This document shows, in pieces, positions 35,435 through 46,200 of a DNA stretch of 64,000 nucleotides. Each line of letters opens with the position of its first letter. The first letter of the stretch is position 1. This DNA comes from a virus. The stretch is taken from IMG/VR virus record IMGVR_UViG_3300046000_004279, positions 46,889 through 110,888 of that record. One strand, written 5' to 3'. The notes below the pieces were generated by a model. It made no database searches. It worked only from the letters and a program-made list of their open reading frames with translations, and was not told where the DNA came from. A program made the position numbers and the translations under genes.

Positions 35435-37492
35435 ATGTCAGACGAAAACGGCGATGATTTTGACGGTATTGTAGATCAACGAGTCGCGGGTATTATTAAC
35501 ACTCCAAGTGGTGCAGGGTTCTCTGATCCTTCAGGCGTGTATCCACGACCAGAATACCACTACAGAAGTTCAGTTAATAAAGTAGCAACGGGTCACGGTG
35601 TTACTGGATTGAGTATTGGTGGTGGTGATCCACGTGTCGATGGATGGGGATCGTTAAGTGATCCGACAACAGATCAAGCTGGAAAATATACTCATGTTGA
35701 TATTAATGAGACCAAGTCGGGGCATCAAATTGTTTATGATGACACTCCTGGCAATGAACGCATTTTGATTAAGCATCGACTCGGTGGTGGTATCGAACTC
35801 CGCGCCGATGGTACAATGATTATGAAGACTGAGTCCAACATAATTACATCAGTCATTGGAAACAGTGCTGTAATTATTGAGGGTGACATTCAAATGGCAG
35901 CTAAGAACTTCACATTAGACATTGCTGCTGATATGAACCTAAAGGTTGGTGGAGACTTCAATGTTACAGTCGGTGGTAGTTTAACTGAAAACATTAATGG
36001 TTCACGTAGAGAGACAATCCAAGGGCAAGCTGGAACAACCGTTAAGGGTAGCAAGTCAACCACAGTACTTGGAACCGTTACTAATACGACCCTTGGTTCA
36101 GTGAACAACATTGTAAAAGGTAACTCTAATAACTCTACAGAAGGTTCAGCATCTCACTCTTCAAAGGGTGCAATGAAAGTTTCATCTGAGGTTGAGACTA
36201 ACATGTCCTCACCAAGTGTCAATATCGCTGGTAACAGTCTATCTGTATTCGGTGCAACAGGGACAATTGGCGGTGAAGGTGTAATCGCTTATGTCAAAAA
36301 CATTTATGGTGAGTCAGGAACATTTACTGAAGGTTTCAAGGCTCCTACCTTTGAGGGCAAACTCAAAGGTAAGGCTGATACCGCTTTCCTAGCTGATGGT
36401 GCAACATCCGCAGGCCAAGCTCCTAATGGTGTCTATACCGCACCTGGTTCGCAAGTACACACCGCAGTTGATACTGCTGCAACAGAAAAACCAACAGCTT
36501 CTTTACTAAGCACATACTTAAACAAATCATCACGCGGTGTATCACGGATCAGTATTGATGCGGGTGATCACTTGAAAAATATGATTGACAAGTCTGTTAA
36601 GACGGGTGGTGTTACTGACCGACCACTTACAGAAGGTGAAACTCGCATTCGCATGTTAGACGAAGACAACGCAGCAAATGCAGACTTTGTCGCTCACTCT
36701 GTTGCGTCTGGAACACTTGCTCCAACATATTCCAATAGTGTTCCGCCAGCAGTTGGTAGAACAAGATCCACTCAACCTCATGTTCGTTCTGGAACATCAT
36801 TTAATCCTGGTAGTACTGCCCAATCAGCCATTAAATCATTTTTACCCGCTGAGAAGCCGCCTGCGAAAGTATTCTCCGCCGATCCAGCATATGACCCAAT
36901 GAATATTATTCCGCGAGCGGGTGCAACAGATATCAACTCCTCAACAATGTTGGCAAAAGGCGTTCCTCTAGGAACGTTCCTTGGTGGAACAGCAGACGCA
37001 GTAACTTTAAACCATATTGCAACTCTTGAAGAGCGTCAAGCAATTGTTCGAAACCTATTACCTCAAGCTGAAATAATTAAATACGTTCAAAATAACAAAG
37101 GCGAATTTAAAGACTATAGATTGGTTGTTGTTAGTGGGTTATATAAGCTAAGCCCAACTGAAACTGTAACAGCCAACTCAGATAAAGATCTTGCAACCAA
37201 AGGCAGACGTGTAATCTATGAACTGTATGGTCCAAATGGTAAGCCTGCACCTGATAAAATATATGAATTAGCCGACTATTTGACTGATGTGATCTATTTT
37301 GATAAAATGATGTTGTCGTATGATAATTTTAATCCAGCTGGAGCAATGGTCGCTCTATTGAGTGTTACAATGCCTGAACTGTCTAGAACGTATTCAATTG
37401 TAGGCGGTGGTAATTTTAAGAATTTACTTGAAACAAGATACAATGGTAAGGTACAAAGTGCTAACGATCTAATTGAAGTCTTACCACAATAG
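35435..37492 (+). CDS. gp5 C-terminal beta-helix needle part with extra C-terminal domain
   Basis: F.DP.G.YP, ET.SGH...DDTPG.ERI...H..G, V.G repeats. Confidence 0.82.
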   Translation: MSDENGDDFDGIVDQRVAGIINTPSGAGFSDPSGVYPRPEYHYRSSVNKVATGHGVTGLSIGGGDPRVDGWGSLSDPTTDQAGKYTHVDINETKSGHQIVYDDTPGNERILIKHRLGGGIELRADGTMIMKTESNIITSVIGNSAVIIEGDIQMAAKNFTLDIAADMNLKVGGDFNVTVGGSLTENINGSRRETIQGQAGTTVKGSKSTTVLGTVTNTTLGSVNNIVKGNSNNSTEGSASHSSKGAMKVSSEVETNMSSPSVNIAGNSLSVFGATGTIGGEGVIAYVKNIYGESGTFTEGFKAPTFEGKLKGKADTAFLADGATSAGQAPNGVYTAPGSQVHTAVDTAATEKPTASLLSTYLNKSSRGVSRISIDAGDHLKNMIDKSVKTGGVTDRPLTEGETRIRMLDEDNAANADFVAHSVASGTLAPTYSNSVPPAVGRTRSTQPHVRSGTSFNPGSTAQSAIKSFLPAEKPPAKVFSADPAYDPMNIIPRAGATDINSSTMLAKGVPLGTFLGGTADAVTLNHIATLEERQAIVRNLLPQAEIIKYVQNNKGEFKDYRLVVVSGLYKLSPTETVTANSDKDLATKGRRVIYELYGPNGKPAPDKIYELADYLTDVIYFDKMMLSYDNFNPAGAMVALLSVTMPELSRTYSIVGGGNFKNLLETRYNGKVQSANDLIEVLPQ

Positions 37493-37493
37493 G

Positions 37494-37501
37494 TATAAAT
37501 A
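37494..37501 (+). promoter_or_regulatory. T4-type late promoter
   Basis: TATAAATA. Confidence 0.8.
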
Positions 37502-37522
37502 AAAGTAAACAAAAGGGTTGAT

Positions 37523-37963
37523 ATGAGTAGGGCGTTTGCAGTAGAGGATAAAAACCTCAATCAAGCAAGTATTATTGTTTCGCGATCAAGATTGTATCGC
37601 GATATCGATCTTTCTTTTACTGTAAAACCAAGCGGTGAGATTTACAAAAAGATTGATGCGGGTGCAGTAAAACAAGCTATTAAAAATCTACTATTGACCA
37701 ATCATTTTGAAAAACCATTTTTACCTTTGTATGGTGGCAATTTAAGAGATCTATTATTTGAATTAGCTCACTCATCAATTGGTGAAGAGATAACATCTAA
37801 CATTACTCGCGCGATTGAATCCTACGAACCAAGAGTTAAAATTGTTGATATCAGAGTAGATAACCGAGCTGATTATAACTCAATTGGTGTTACTGTTGAA
37901 TTTCGTATTGTTAATACTGAAGAAACTGTAATCTTCACCACTACACTAGTAAGGCTAAGATAA
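37523..37963 (+). CDS. gp25: baseplate wedge gp25
   Basis: DIDLSF, AVKQAIKNLL.T...EKPF.P..G, YEPRV. Confidence 0.93.
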   Translation: MSRAFAVEDKNLNQASIIVSRSRLYRDIDLSFTVKPSGEIYKKIDAGAVKQAIKNLLLTNHFEKPFLPLYGGNLRDLLFELAHSSIGEEITSNITRAIESYEPRVKIVDIRVDNRADYNSIGVTVEFRIVNTEETVIFTTTLVRLR

Positions 37964-37964
37964 T

Positions 37965-39791
37965 ATGGCAACGACAATTCTTTCAACGGCACTTGATTTT
38001 AACAACATCAAGAACAACCTAAAGATATATTTGCAACAGCAACCTGAGTTTACTGACCATGATTTTGAAGCATCTGGTCTATCAAACATTCTTGATGTGT
38101 TAGCTTACAATACACACATCAACGGTTTAATTGCAAACTTTGCTACAAACGAATCATTCTTAGGAACAGCGCAACTCAGAAGCTCAGTTGTTTCACTTGC
38201 TGGTGGTATTGGATACATTCCAGATTCAAAAATGTCTGCACGAGCAACTGTAAATTTATCTGTTAACTTAGCAGGCGTTGCTGGCAGACCGTCATTGTTA
38301 TCACTCCCATCAGGTACAACACTGACATCGACTGTTGATGATATTGCATACACATTCCAAACCATTGAGTCGTATACTGCAGAAGATGATGGTACTGGCG
38401 TTTATCGTTTTAGAGATAATAACGGTACTCTTAATGTTATTGTGTACGAAGGCGCTTTAAAAACAAAGACATTCTACGTTGGACCATTCTCTGAGAATGA
38501 TGTTTATATTATACCCGATATTAATATTGATGCAAACACTGCAACCGTGAATGTTTATGATACAGCTACAAGCAATACATTTGCAACATACAATAATATC
38601 TTAAGTGCGACATCTATATCAGCGAATTCAACCTATTATATTCTTAAAGAAGCTCCTAATGGTTTTTATGAGTTATCATTTGGTGATGGTGTCAACCTTG
38701 GAAAAGCTCCTGTTGCTGGTAATAAAATCGTTGTTTCATATCTATCGACAAACGGTAGTGACGCGAACGGAGCTACAATTTTTACACCAACCGCAAACTT
38801 CACAGTAAATACTGTTGGATATCCATTAACTGTTGCTACAATTGCAAAATCTGTTGGTGGAGATATTTCAGAGTCAATAGAATCAATCCGTAAAAACGCT
38901 CCATTCCAATATGCAACGCAAAACCGTATGGTTACAGCAGCTGATTATACTTCATTAATTTTACGTAACTATTCGCAGTTTATTCAAGATATTAAATCGT
39001 GGGGCGGCGAAGAAAACTTAGAACCAAAGTTTGGTACAATTTTCACATCCATCTTGTTTGAGGATGATGTGAACGCTACTCTTCAAGCTTCAATCAAAAC
39101 TCAAGTTGAAAGTCTTGTTGATCAACTTGGAATTGTTTCATTTAATATTGAATACGCTGATCCAGTTGAAACTTATATTGAGACTAGTGTATATTTCCAA
39201 GTTAACCCAAAACTAACTACACTATCGTTGAATACTCTTGAGAACCAAGTGAACAGCACTATCGCAACATATTTCTCTAATACAATCGGATTATTTGACC
39301 AATCATTTAGACGATCAAACTTGCTAACACTTGTTGATGATATCAGCCCTGCTATTTTATCCAGTAGAGCTGATATTAAAATGCAACAACGCTTTATACC
39401 TTCTTTAAATACCTATGCAAATTATAATTTAAGATTTCCAACATCAATTGCAATTCCCGATAGAGACACACCAGTTATAACCAGTTCACTATTTACATTT
39501 AATAGTACCCTTGCTAAAATTCAAAACAAACTTGGGTCGACCACTTTGCAAGTAATATCAGCTGGAACAGGGACAGTACTTGTAGATAGCGTTGGATCAT
39601 ATAATGCAACATCGGGTACTGTTAATATTGTAGCACTAAACCCATCAAATGTTGTCGGTGGAGTTAACTATATTAAATTATCAGCAATTCCAACAAACAA
39701 TAGTGTTGTTTCTCCTCAGCGCAATGACGTGCTAAAGTTTGATCAAGAAGCCTCGTTTGCTTCACCAGAGATTGTATCGGCTACGAACTAA
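37965..39791 (+). CDS. gp6: baseplate wedge gp6
   Basis: LDF..IK.NL, LDVLAYNTH, NESFL.TAQLRSSVVSLA, FGDG..GK, QNRMVTAADY. Confidence 0.95.
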   Translation: MATTILSTALDFNNIKNNLKIYLQQQPEFTDHDFEASGLSNILDVLAYNTHINGLIANFATNESFLGTAQLRSSVVSLAGGIGYIPDSKMSARATVNLSVNLAGVAGRPSLLSLPSGTTLTSTVDDIAYTFQTIESYTAEDDGTGVYRFRDNNGTLNVIVYEGALKTKTFYVGPFSENDVYIIPDINIDANTATVNVYDTATSNTFATYNNILSATSISANSTYYILKEAPNGFYELSFGDGVNLGKAPVAGNKIVVSYLSTNGSDANGATIFTPTANFTVNTVGYPLTVATIAKSVGGDISESIESIRKNAPFQYATQNRMVTAADYTSLILRNYSQFIQDIKSWGGEENLEPKFGTIFTSILFEDDVNATLQASIKTQVESLVDQLGIVSFNIEYADPVETYIETSVYFQVNPKLTTLSLNTLENQVNSTIATYFSNTIGLFDQSFRRSNLLTLVDDISPAILSSRADIKMQQRFIPSLNTYANYNLRFPTSIAIPDRDTPVITSSLFTFNSTLAKIQNKLGSTTLQVISAGTGTVLVDSVGSYNATSGTVNIVALNPSNVVGGVNYIKLSAIPTNNSVVSPQRNDVLKFDQEASFASPEIVSATN

Positions 39792-39792
39792 T

Positions 39793-40779
39793 ATGACAGA
39801 TAAGACCTTACGCGACATTGGCAGACGTAATATAGATTTCCAGCGCGATCTGGTCAAAGAGGTTTTGCCTGAATTTTATGCAGCAGATTATCCAAATCTT
39901 GTCGAGTTTCTTGAAAAATATTACAAAAACCTTGACTCTGATGGTAACTTTTCTCGCAAGATCCATGACCTGTTTGCAACTCGCGACATTCAACAAACAT
40001 CTCAAGAGAACTTAACATATATTGAAGACGAGTTGTTGCTGGGTCAAAACTATCTTGAAGGTTGGTTGAACTCTCGTCAAGCTGCTTTGTTGTCTAACAA
40101 CTTCTATAGATCCAAAGGCACAAAGTACAGTATCGAACGGTTTTTCAGAGCATTCTATGGCCAAGATCCAGTTGTAGAGTATGGTAAAAATTATGTGTTT
40201 ACTATTGGTCAAGATATTGTTGGTCCAAGTAGTGGTAAGTATCTTATTAATGATAAAGTTTACCAATTTTGGGGTATCTTAATTAAAGTGGGTTTACCAG
40301 CTTCTGAGTGGTTAGAACTTTATAAACTGTTTGCCCACCCCGCCGGAATGTATGTTGGTTCCGAAGTTCAATTGGTCAGTGTCAACGGCGATATTAGTTT
40401 TGGCAATATGCCAATTGCTATTGCATCTGTAGACGTCCCAGTATTCTCTGGTCTTGCAACAATTACACCATTCGTGTTTACTGATATTACTGGTATCGAC
40501 ATTAACGACTCTGCAGGCAACTCTTACAGATACAGCCTTGATACGACCGTTATCCAAATTAGCAACAAGTTAGCGGATCAAACTGTTGGATTCTTGGATT
40601 CTGCTGAACCATTCTATAAAAACTTCAAGGATCTTACAAAAGCTGCATCGCCAACATTCGACGAAGATTCAAACGGCGCTGGCTCATCGATGAGAATGTC
40701 AAGTGAGTTTGTAACCTTTGACCTAGACAAATACGATGTTTACCTTGATTCAGACGGCGTGGGTAATCTTGTTCCATAA
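39793..40779 (+). CDS. gp7: baseplate wedge gp7-like (short)
   Basis: YP..VEFL..YY, FYRSKGT..S...FFR, HPAG; ATG at 39793. Confidence 0.8.
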   Translation: MTDKTLRDIGRRNIDFQRDLVKEVLPEFYAADYPNLVEFLEKYYKNLDSDGNFSRKIHDLFATRDIQQTSQENLTYIEDELLLGQNYLEGWLNSRQAALLSNNFYRSKGTKYSIERFFRAFYGQDPVVEYGKNYVFTIGQDIVGPSSGKYLINDKVYQFWGILIKVGLPASEWLELYKLFAHPAGMYVGSEVQLVSVNGDISFGNMPIAIASVDVPVFSGLATITPFVFTDITGIDINDSAGNSYRYSLDTTVIQISNKLADQTVGFLDSAEPFYKNFKDLTKAASPTFDEDSNGAGSSMRMSSEFVTFDLDKYDVYLDSDGVGNLVP

Positions 40780-40783
40780 CCGA

Positions 40784-40791
40784 TATAAATA
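40784..40791 (+). promoter_or_regulatory. T4-type late promoter
   Basis: TATAAATA. Confidence 0.8.
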
Positions 40792-40817
40792 AAACAAAAG
40801 AGTTTTAGGGATTTAGC

Positions 40818-41837
40818 ATGTCAAGACAAACCGTTAATATCGGCACAATAGCAAATGACACTACTGGGGATACCCTCAGACAGGCTGGTAACAAAATTAA
40901 TTCAAACTTTGCAGAGATATACACATCTTTGTATGGTGATAGTGTAACTGCAATCAGTACGCTAACTCTTTCTAACAATGCTATTATCTTTGAAGGATCC
41001 TCAGCAGATTCTTGGGAAACTACTTTTACATTGGTTAATCCAACGGCGGATAGAACAATTAAGCTACCAGATTACACTGGTACTATTGTAGTTGACTCTG
41101 CCACACAGACTCTGTTGAACAAGACTTTGAAAACGCCAGCGTTTACACGCCCTACGATTAAGGATGCTGATTCAAGTCATTCATACACTATTGTTCCTGG
41201 TAATTTAACAGGTAATAGAAATATTAATCTTCCTGTTTTATCTGATAGTGATACTATAGTATTTGCTAGCCTTACACAGACACTTACCAATAAAACTCTG
41301 ACATCACCAACACTTGTCACTCCAAAGATTGACTCAACAATCCAGGATTCTGCAGGCAACCCACTGATTGGTCATTCTGCTGCAGTCTCTGCTGTCAACT
41401 ATATCCAAATCAACAATGCTGCGACTGGTAATCATCCTGGAATTGAAACGGTCGGCACCAGCTCAAATATTAACTTGACGCTGGCGGCCAAGGGAACTGG
41501 AACTATTCAAGTTCGTAGTCGCTTTAACTTGTTATCAGAGACACTAAATGCGGGAGCTGCAGTAAGTACATCGTCTCCCACAACAATATTTAACCACGCA
41601 ACAGCAGAAGCGTTTACCTTAGCTAATGGTGTTACTGAAGGTGATGTTAAAAAGTTTATTAATAGAGGCGCTGGTGAAGCTCGTGTCACTCCAGCCACCT
41701 TCCCATATACAGGTAAAACAAAATTTACATTAAAACAATTTGGTGCAGTTGAAGCCGTTTGGGCATCATCGGGTTGGTTCTTACTGGGCTTAGACTCTAG
41801 TCACGATTCGTCAGCACGTTACATCTTTATTAGCTAA
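40818..41837 (+). CDS. gp9/gp10-like baseplate-fibre connector
   Basis: Q.VNIG..ANDTTGDTLR.AG.KIN.NF.E.Y; TQTLTNKTL repeats. Confidence 0.8.
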   Translation: MSRQTVNIGTIANDTTGDTLRQAGNKINSNFAEIYTSLYGDSVTAISTLTLSNNAIIFEGSSADSWETTFTLVNPTADRTIKLPDYTGTIVVDSATQTLLNKTLKTPAFTRPTIKDADSSHSYTIVPGNLTGNRNINLPVLSDSDTIVFASLTQTLTNKTLTSPTLVTPKIDSTIQDSAGNPLIGHSAAVSAVNYIQINNAATGNHPGIETVGTSSNINLTLAAKGTGTIQVRSRFNLLSETLNAGAAVSTSSPTTIFNHATAEAFTLANGVTEGDVKKFINRGAGEARVTPATFPYTGKTKFTLKQFGAVEAVWASSGWFLLGLDSSHDSSARYIFIS

Positions 41838-41849
41838 TAGGACAATTCA

Positions 41850-43217
41850 ATGTCAGCAATCATTACTGAGCGCATTAAAAAACTTATGATCCAGAATCTG
41901 TATGATGATATTACAGACTCTGCTAACAATTATTATATCGCGATTGGTCGTTCACAGGATTGGGATAGTGCTGATGATGCTCCTACACCAATACCAACAG
42001 ATCGCGAAATTCGCAATTTTAGATTGAGTGCGCAGTCAGCCAAACAAGTAACAGACTATTCTTTTGTTATTCCACGTTTCAATTGGTCAACTGGTACAAC
42101 ATATTACGGATATGACGATAACACAACTGGACATCCTCTAAACACATATTACGTGATTACTGATGACCAAGGTGTTTACATATGCCTACGTCAAGCAAAA
42201 AACACTGCTGGTGCAGCAGTCCCTTCAACTGTAAAACCAACTGGTATCTTAACTACTCCTTTTATTACAGCTGATGGTTACGTTTGGAAGTTCTTGTATA
42301 CAGTTGGTACAACCTATGCAAACAGATTCCTCGCTGCAAACTATATGCCAGTTCGTTTACAAACATTAACTGACTCAAACTCACTAGCCGTTGAAATTGA
42401 ACAAGAGACAATTCAAAACGCAGCGGTTGCTGGTCAAATTGTAGATATTCAATTAATTACTGGTGGTAGTGGTTTCACTTCTGCCCCAACGGTTACAATT
42501 GTGGGTGATGGTACATTGGCCCGTGCGGCCGCTACCGTTTCTGGTGGATCTGTTACAAAAATTACACTTGCTGAAAGTAACGGAACTATTGTGACGGGTA
42601 GTGGATACAGCTTTGCTGAAGTAAGACTTACTGGTGGTGGTGGAACTGGAGTCACTAGTAGAGTTGTTTTGGGCCCTAAAAATGGTCTTGGCGCTGACCC
42701 AAGAGATGATCTACGTGCAACAGCAATTATGTTCAATACCAAACCTGATGGAACAGAAGGCGGAACTTTTGTTGTTAACAACGACTTCCGTCAACTTGCA
42801 TTGGTAAAAAATCCAGAATTGTCTGACAGTGCTGCATTATTTACCGCAGCTGCGGGCAATATGCTTCGTAGATTAAAATTTGCAACAATTTCAACAGTGT
42901 TCAGTGCAGACCATACGCTTTTGGGTGCCACATCTGGTGCAAAAGGATATGTTAATAAGTTTGACTCAGATGAGGTTTGGTATCATCAAACAGAAGATAC
43001 TGGATTCATTCAATTCTCTGAAGGGGAAGTCGTTACTGAGACAGACGGTGCAGGCACTGGTACATTGCTAAGTGTAGGCGCGGATTCGGATACAAGAGCA
43101 TTTATTGCACCAGACATTGATCCGCTTAGTGGCGAGATCCTATATATTGAGAACCGTTCGGCAGTTCAAAGAACTGTTGGTCAGGTTGAAGACATTAAGA
43201 TTATCGTACAGTTATAA
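41850..43217 (+). CDS. gp8: baseplate wedge gp8
   Basis: PR.NW..GT.Y, VYICL, ADGYVWKFLY, SGEILYIENR...QVEDIKIIVQL. Confidence 0.9.
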   Translation: MSAIITERIKKLMIQNLYDDITDSANNYYIAIGRSQDWDSADDAPTPIPTDREIRNFRLSAQSAKQVTDYSFVIPRFNWSTGTTYYGYDDNTTGHPLNTYYVITDDQGVYICLRQAKNTAGAAVPSTVKPTGILTTPFITADGYVWKFLYTVGTTYANRFLAANYMPVRLQTLTDSNSLAVEIEQETIQNAAVAGQIVDIQLITGGSGFTSAPTVTIVGDGTLARAAATVSGGSVTKITLAESNGTIVTGSGYSFAEVRLTGGGGTGVTSRVVLGPKNGLGADPRDDLRATAIMFNTKPDGTEGGTFVVNNDFRQLALVKNPELSDSAALFTAAAGNMLRRLKFATISTVFSADHTLLGATSGAKGYVNKFDSDEVWYHQTEDTGFIQFSEGEVVTETDGAGTGTLLSVGADSDTRAFIAPDIDPLSGEILYIENRSAVQRTVGQVEDIKIIVQL

Positions 43218-43226
43218 GGATACGAC

Positions 43227-46200
43227 ATGGTAACCTCTGTTATTAAGAACACTTTCCTAACTACCTATCGTGACGATTGGAAAGACAGCGACAATTATCA
43301 CCGTATCTTGTTTAACAATGGTCGGTCTTTGCAAGCTCGTGAGCTTACGCAAATGCAGACTATTCTACAGAATCAAATTACTAAATCTGGCGACTTCTTG
43401 TTTAGGGATGGATCTCCTATATCTGGAGGTCAGATCCATCTTTCAACTTCAGCAGAGTTTGTTAAGTTAAATACGGCCGTATACAATTTACCTGTTGACC
43501 CTACGACAATTATTGGTGATATATTTACTGGATCGACGTCTGGAATTGAGGTTCGTATTGATAAAGTGGTTGTTGCGGAAGGTGCAGATCCAGCAACTCT
43601 TTACATATCATACATTGATAACAATAGTTTAACTGCCGCAGACACGACTGCCCCACTTAGGTTAAATGCTGGAGAGACACTAACTGGATTATCAAGCGGT
43701 GTAACTCTACGCGTTCAATCAACAAACACAACTGTAAATCCTTGCGTTGGCCGAGGTTCAACTGTCAGTATTGCTTCTGGCACATACTATGTCGCTGGGC
43801 ATTATGTTTTTGCTGATAATCAAACATTGGTTATTTCAAAGTACTCAACTACGCCTACAGAGAACGTTGGTTTTATCGTAACCGAAGATATTGTAACAGC
43901 TTCCGATAACTCTGCACTTTATGATAACTCTGGTCCAAACCCCAACTTATCAGCCCCAGGGGCGGATCGTTATAGAATTAAATTGACTATCGCTAAAGAA
44001 AGCGAAGTCGACTCTGGTACTGTATTTTTTAATGTTGTTAAAATTGATAATGGGTACATTGTTCAAAGTGCTGATGAGGGAACATCAAGTATTCTCAATA
44101 CTATTGGCGATATTATGGCCAAAAGAACTTCAGAAGAATCTGGTAACTATGTTGTAGATCCATTTATTATAAAGGTACAAACTAATGAAGATAGTGATCA
44201 AAGATTAGATATTGCAGTGGGCCCCGGATTAGCTTATGTTAATGGGTATCGCGTTCAAACCCTAGCTAACACAAACTTCACAATTCCAAAACCGCGTGAT
44301 ACAACTCTTTACCCCAACCAAGTTTCTGCTGTTAACTATGGTAACTATGTAATTGCATCTACGTTGAAGGGTCTTCCAACCATCAACACACTTGCTACAG
44401 TAAATCTAAGAAGTGCAATCACATACGGTGGGTCAACAATTGGAACGGCGCGGGTTCGTGCAATAGAAGAGAATGGCGCTAACTACAATATTTATCTGTT
44501 TGATGTAACAATGAGTGGTGGTAATAGCTTCCGTTCTGTTAGATCAATTGGTGTAAGCTCTGTAAAATATGCAGATTTGATTTTGGAAGACGGTGTAGCA
44601 ACTATTATTGATACGTCAAACAATAATTTGTTCTTCGATCTTCCACGTTATCGCCCAAGTGAATTATCAGATATTGTGTTAACAACTCAACGGCTGTTTA
44701 CTGGAACAACAAGCGGTGCGGGATCTATAACACTAACCGCTGGTACAAGTGAAGTGTTTGATGACGCTAATTCATGGATCACTGTTACCGATAGTAGTGG
44801 CACAGTTACATCTCCATCAATCTCTATCGTAGCACCTTTCACATCAGCGGTATTAACAGGATTACCATTCTCATCAGCTGTTACTGTTGCTGCATATGTT
44901 CAAAAGAACGCTGGATCTGTCAAGACAAAAACACTAACCAATAGAGCTACAACATACACTCCTGATGGTAGTGGTAATATTACACTTGATCGTGCCGATG
45001 TATATCGTATTAACTCTGCAAAACTTGGATCGTCAGTTGGTGCGGACATTACAAGTTATTACACTTTCATTGACGGTCAAAATGATAATTACTATGGTGT
45101 TGGCCAATTATTATTAAAACAAAACAAGACACCCCCTGTCGGTAACATCTATGTTGATTTTGATTTTTTCAACCACGGTGCTAACGGCGATTTCTTTGCT
45201 GCAAATTCATATACTGGTCAAGTTGCCTATGAGAACATACCATCACATACCCAAGCGAATGGTGATGTGATTAATTTGAGGGATGTTCTTGACTTTAGAC
45301 CACGTATTAATGATGCTGGAACAGGATTTACTGGTACGGGCGCTGTTCGTGTTGAACTTCCAAAAAATACTGACTTAGTAAACTTTGATGCTTATTACTA
45401 TAGAGCTCAACGCGGATTAATATCTATCAATCCAGATGGTTCCATGACGGTTGGAACAGGACCATCACTTGTAGTTGATCCAAAATATCCTGATGTGCCG
45501 CCTGACAGTCTTGTACTATATCGATTTGCAATCAATCCATATATGGTTGATGATTTGGATATGACAAGCGAATATATGCGCTACAGACATTACGACATGG
45601 CGGCAATTGGTAAGTTGGAAGATCGTTTAGATCGACTTGAAGAGTTAACTACTTTATCACTACTAGAGCTTGAAACCGCTAATATTCGAGTTCTTGACTC
45701 GGCGGGTGTTGATCGTTTGAAGGCTGGTTTTACTGCTGATAATTTCAGCAGTCATGGTTATTCTGATTTTAATAATCCAGAATATGCTGCATCTATCGAC
45801 TTTCAACGTCGACAACTTCGCCCAGAATTTGTTCAACGTTCTATTGAATTGGTGTACGATTCTGCGGCTTCTGTAGGAACAATCCTAAAGGGCGATACTG
45901 TTTACATGCAGTATTCAAATACTCTGTGGAAACAACAACCGACATTCACATCTAGCGAAGATGTTACATCTTTTGAAATTGCAAAAATGGTTGGAGAGAT
46001 TAAACTTTCACCAGCTTCAGATGTTTGGTTTGACGAAGAAACAAAACCTAAGAAAATCGTTGACGGTGGATTCGACCTTGATGTTAAATCGACAAGAACG
46101 TGGGCTGGATGGAATGGTGATTGGTCTGGATGGGACGATACTGAACTTGCTGCATTAAAGGTCGGTGATGATTTAAACTCAGGAACCGTTACAGATACAG

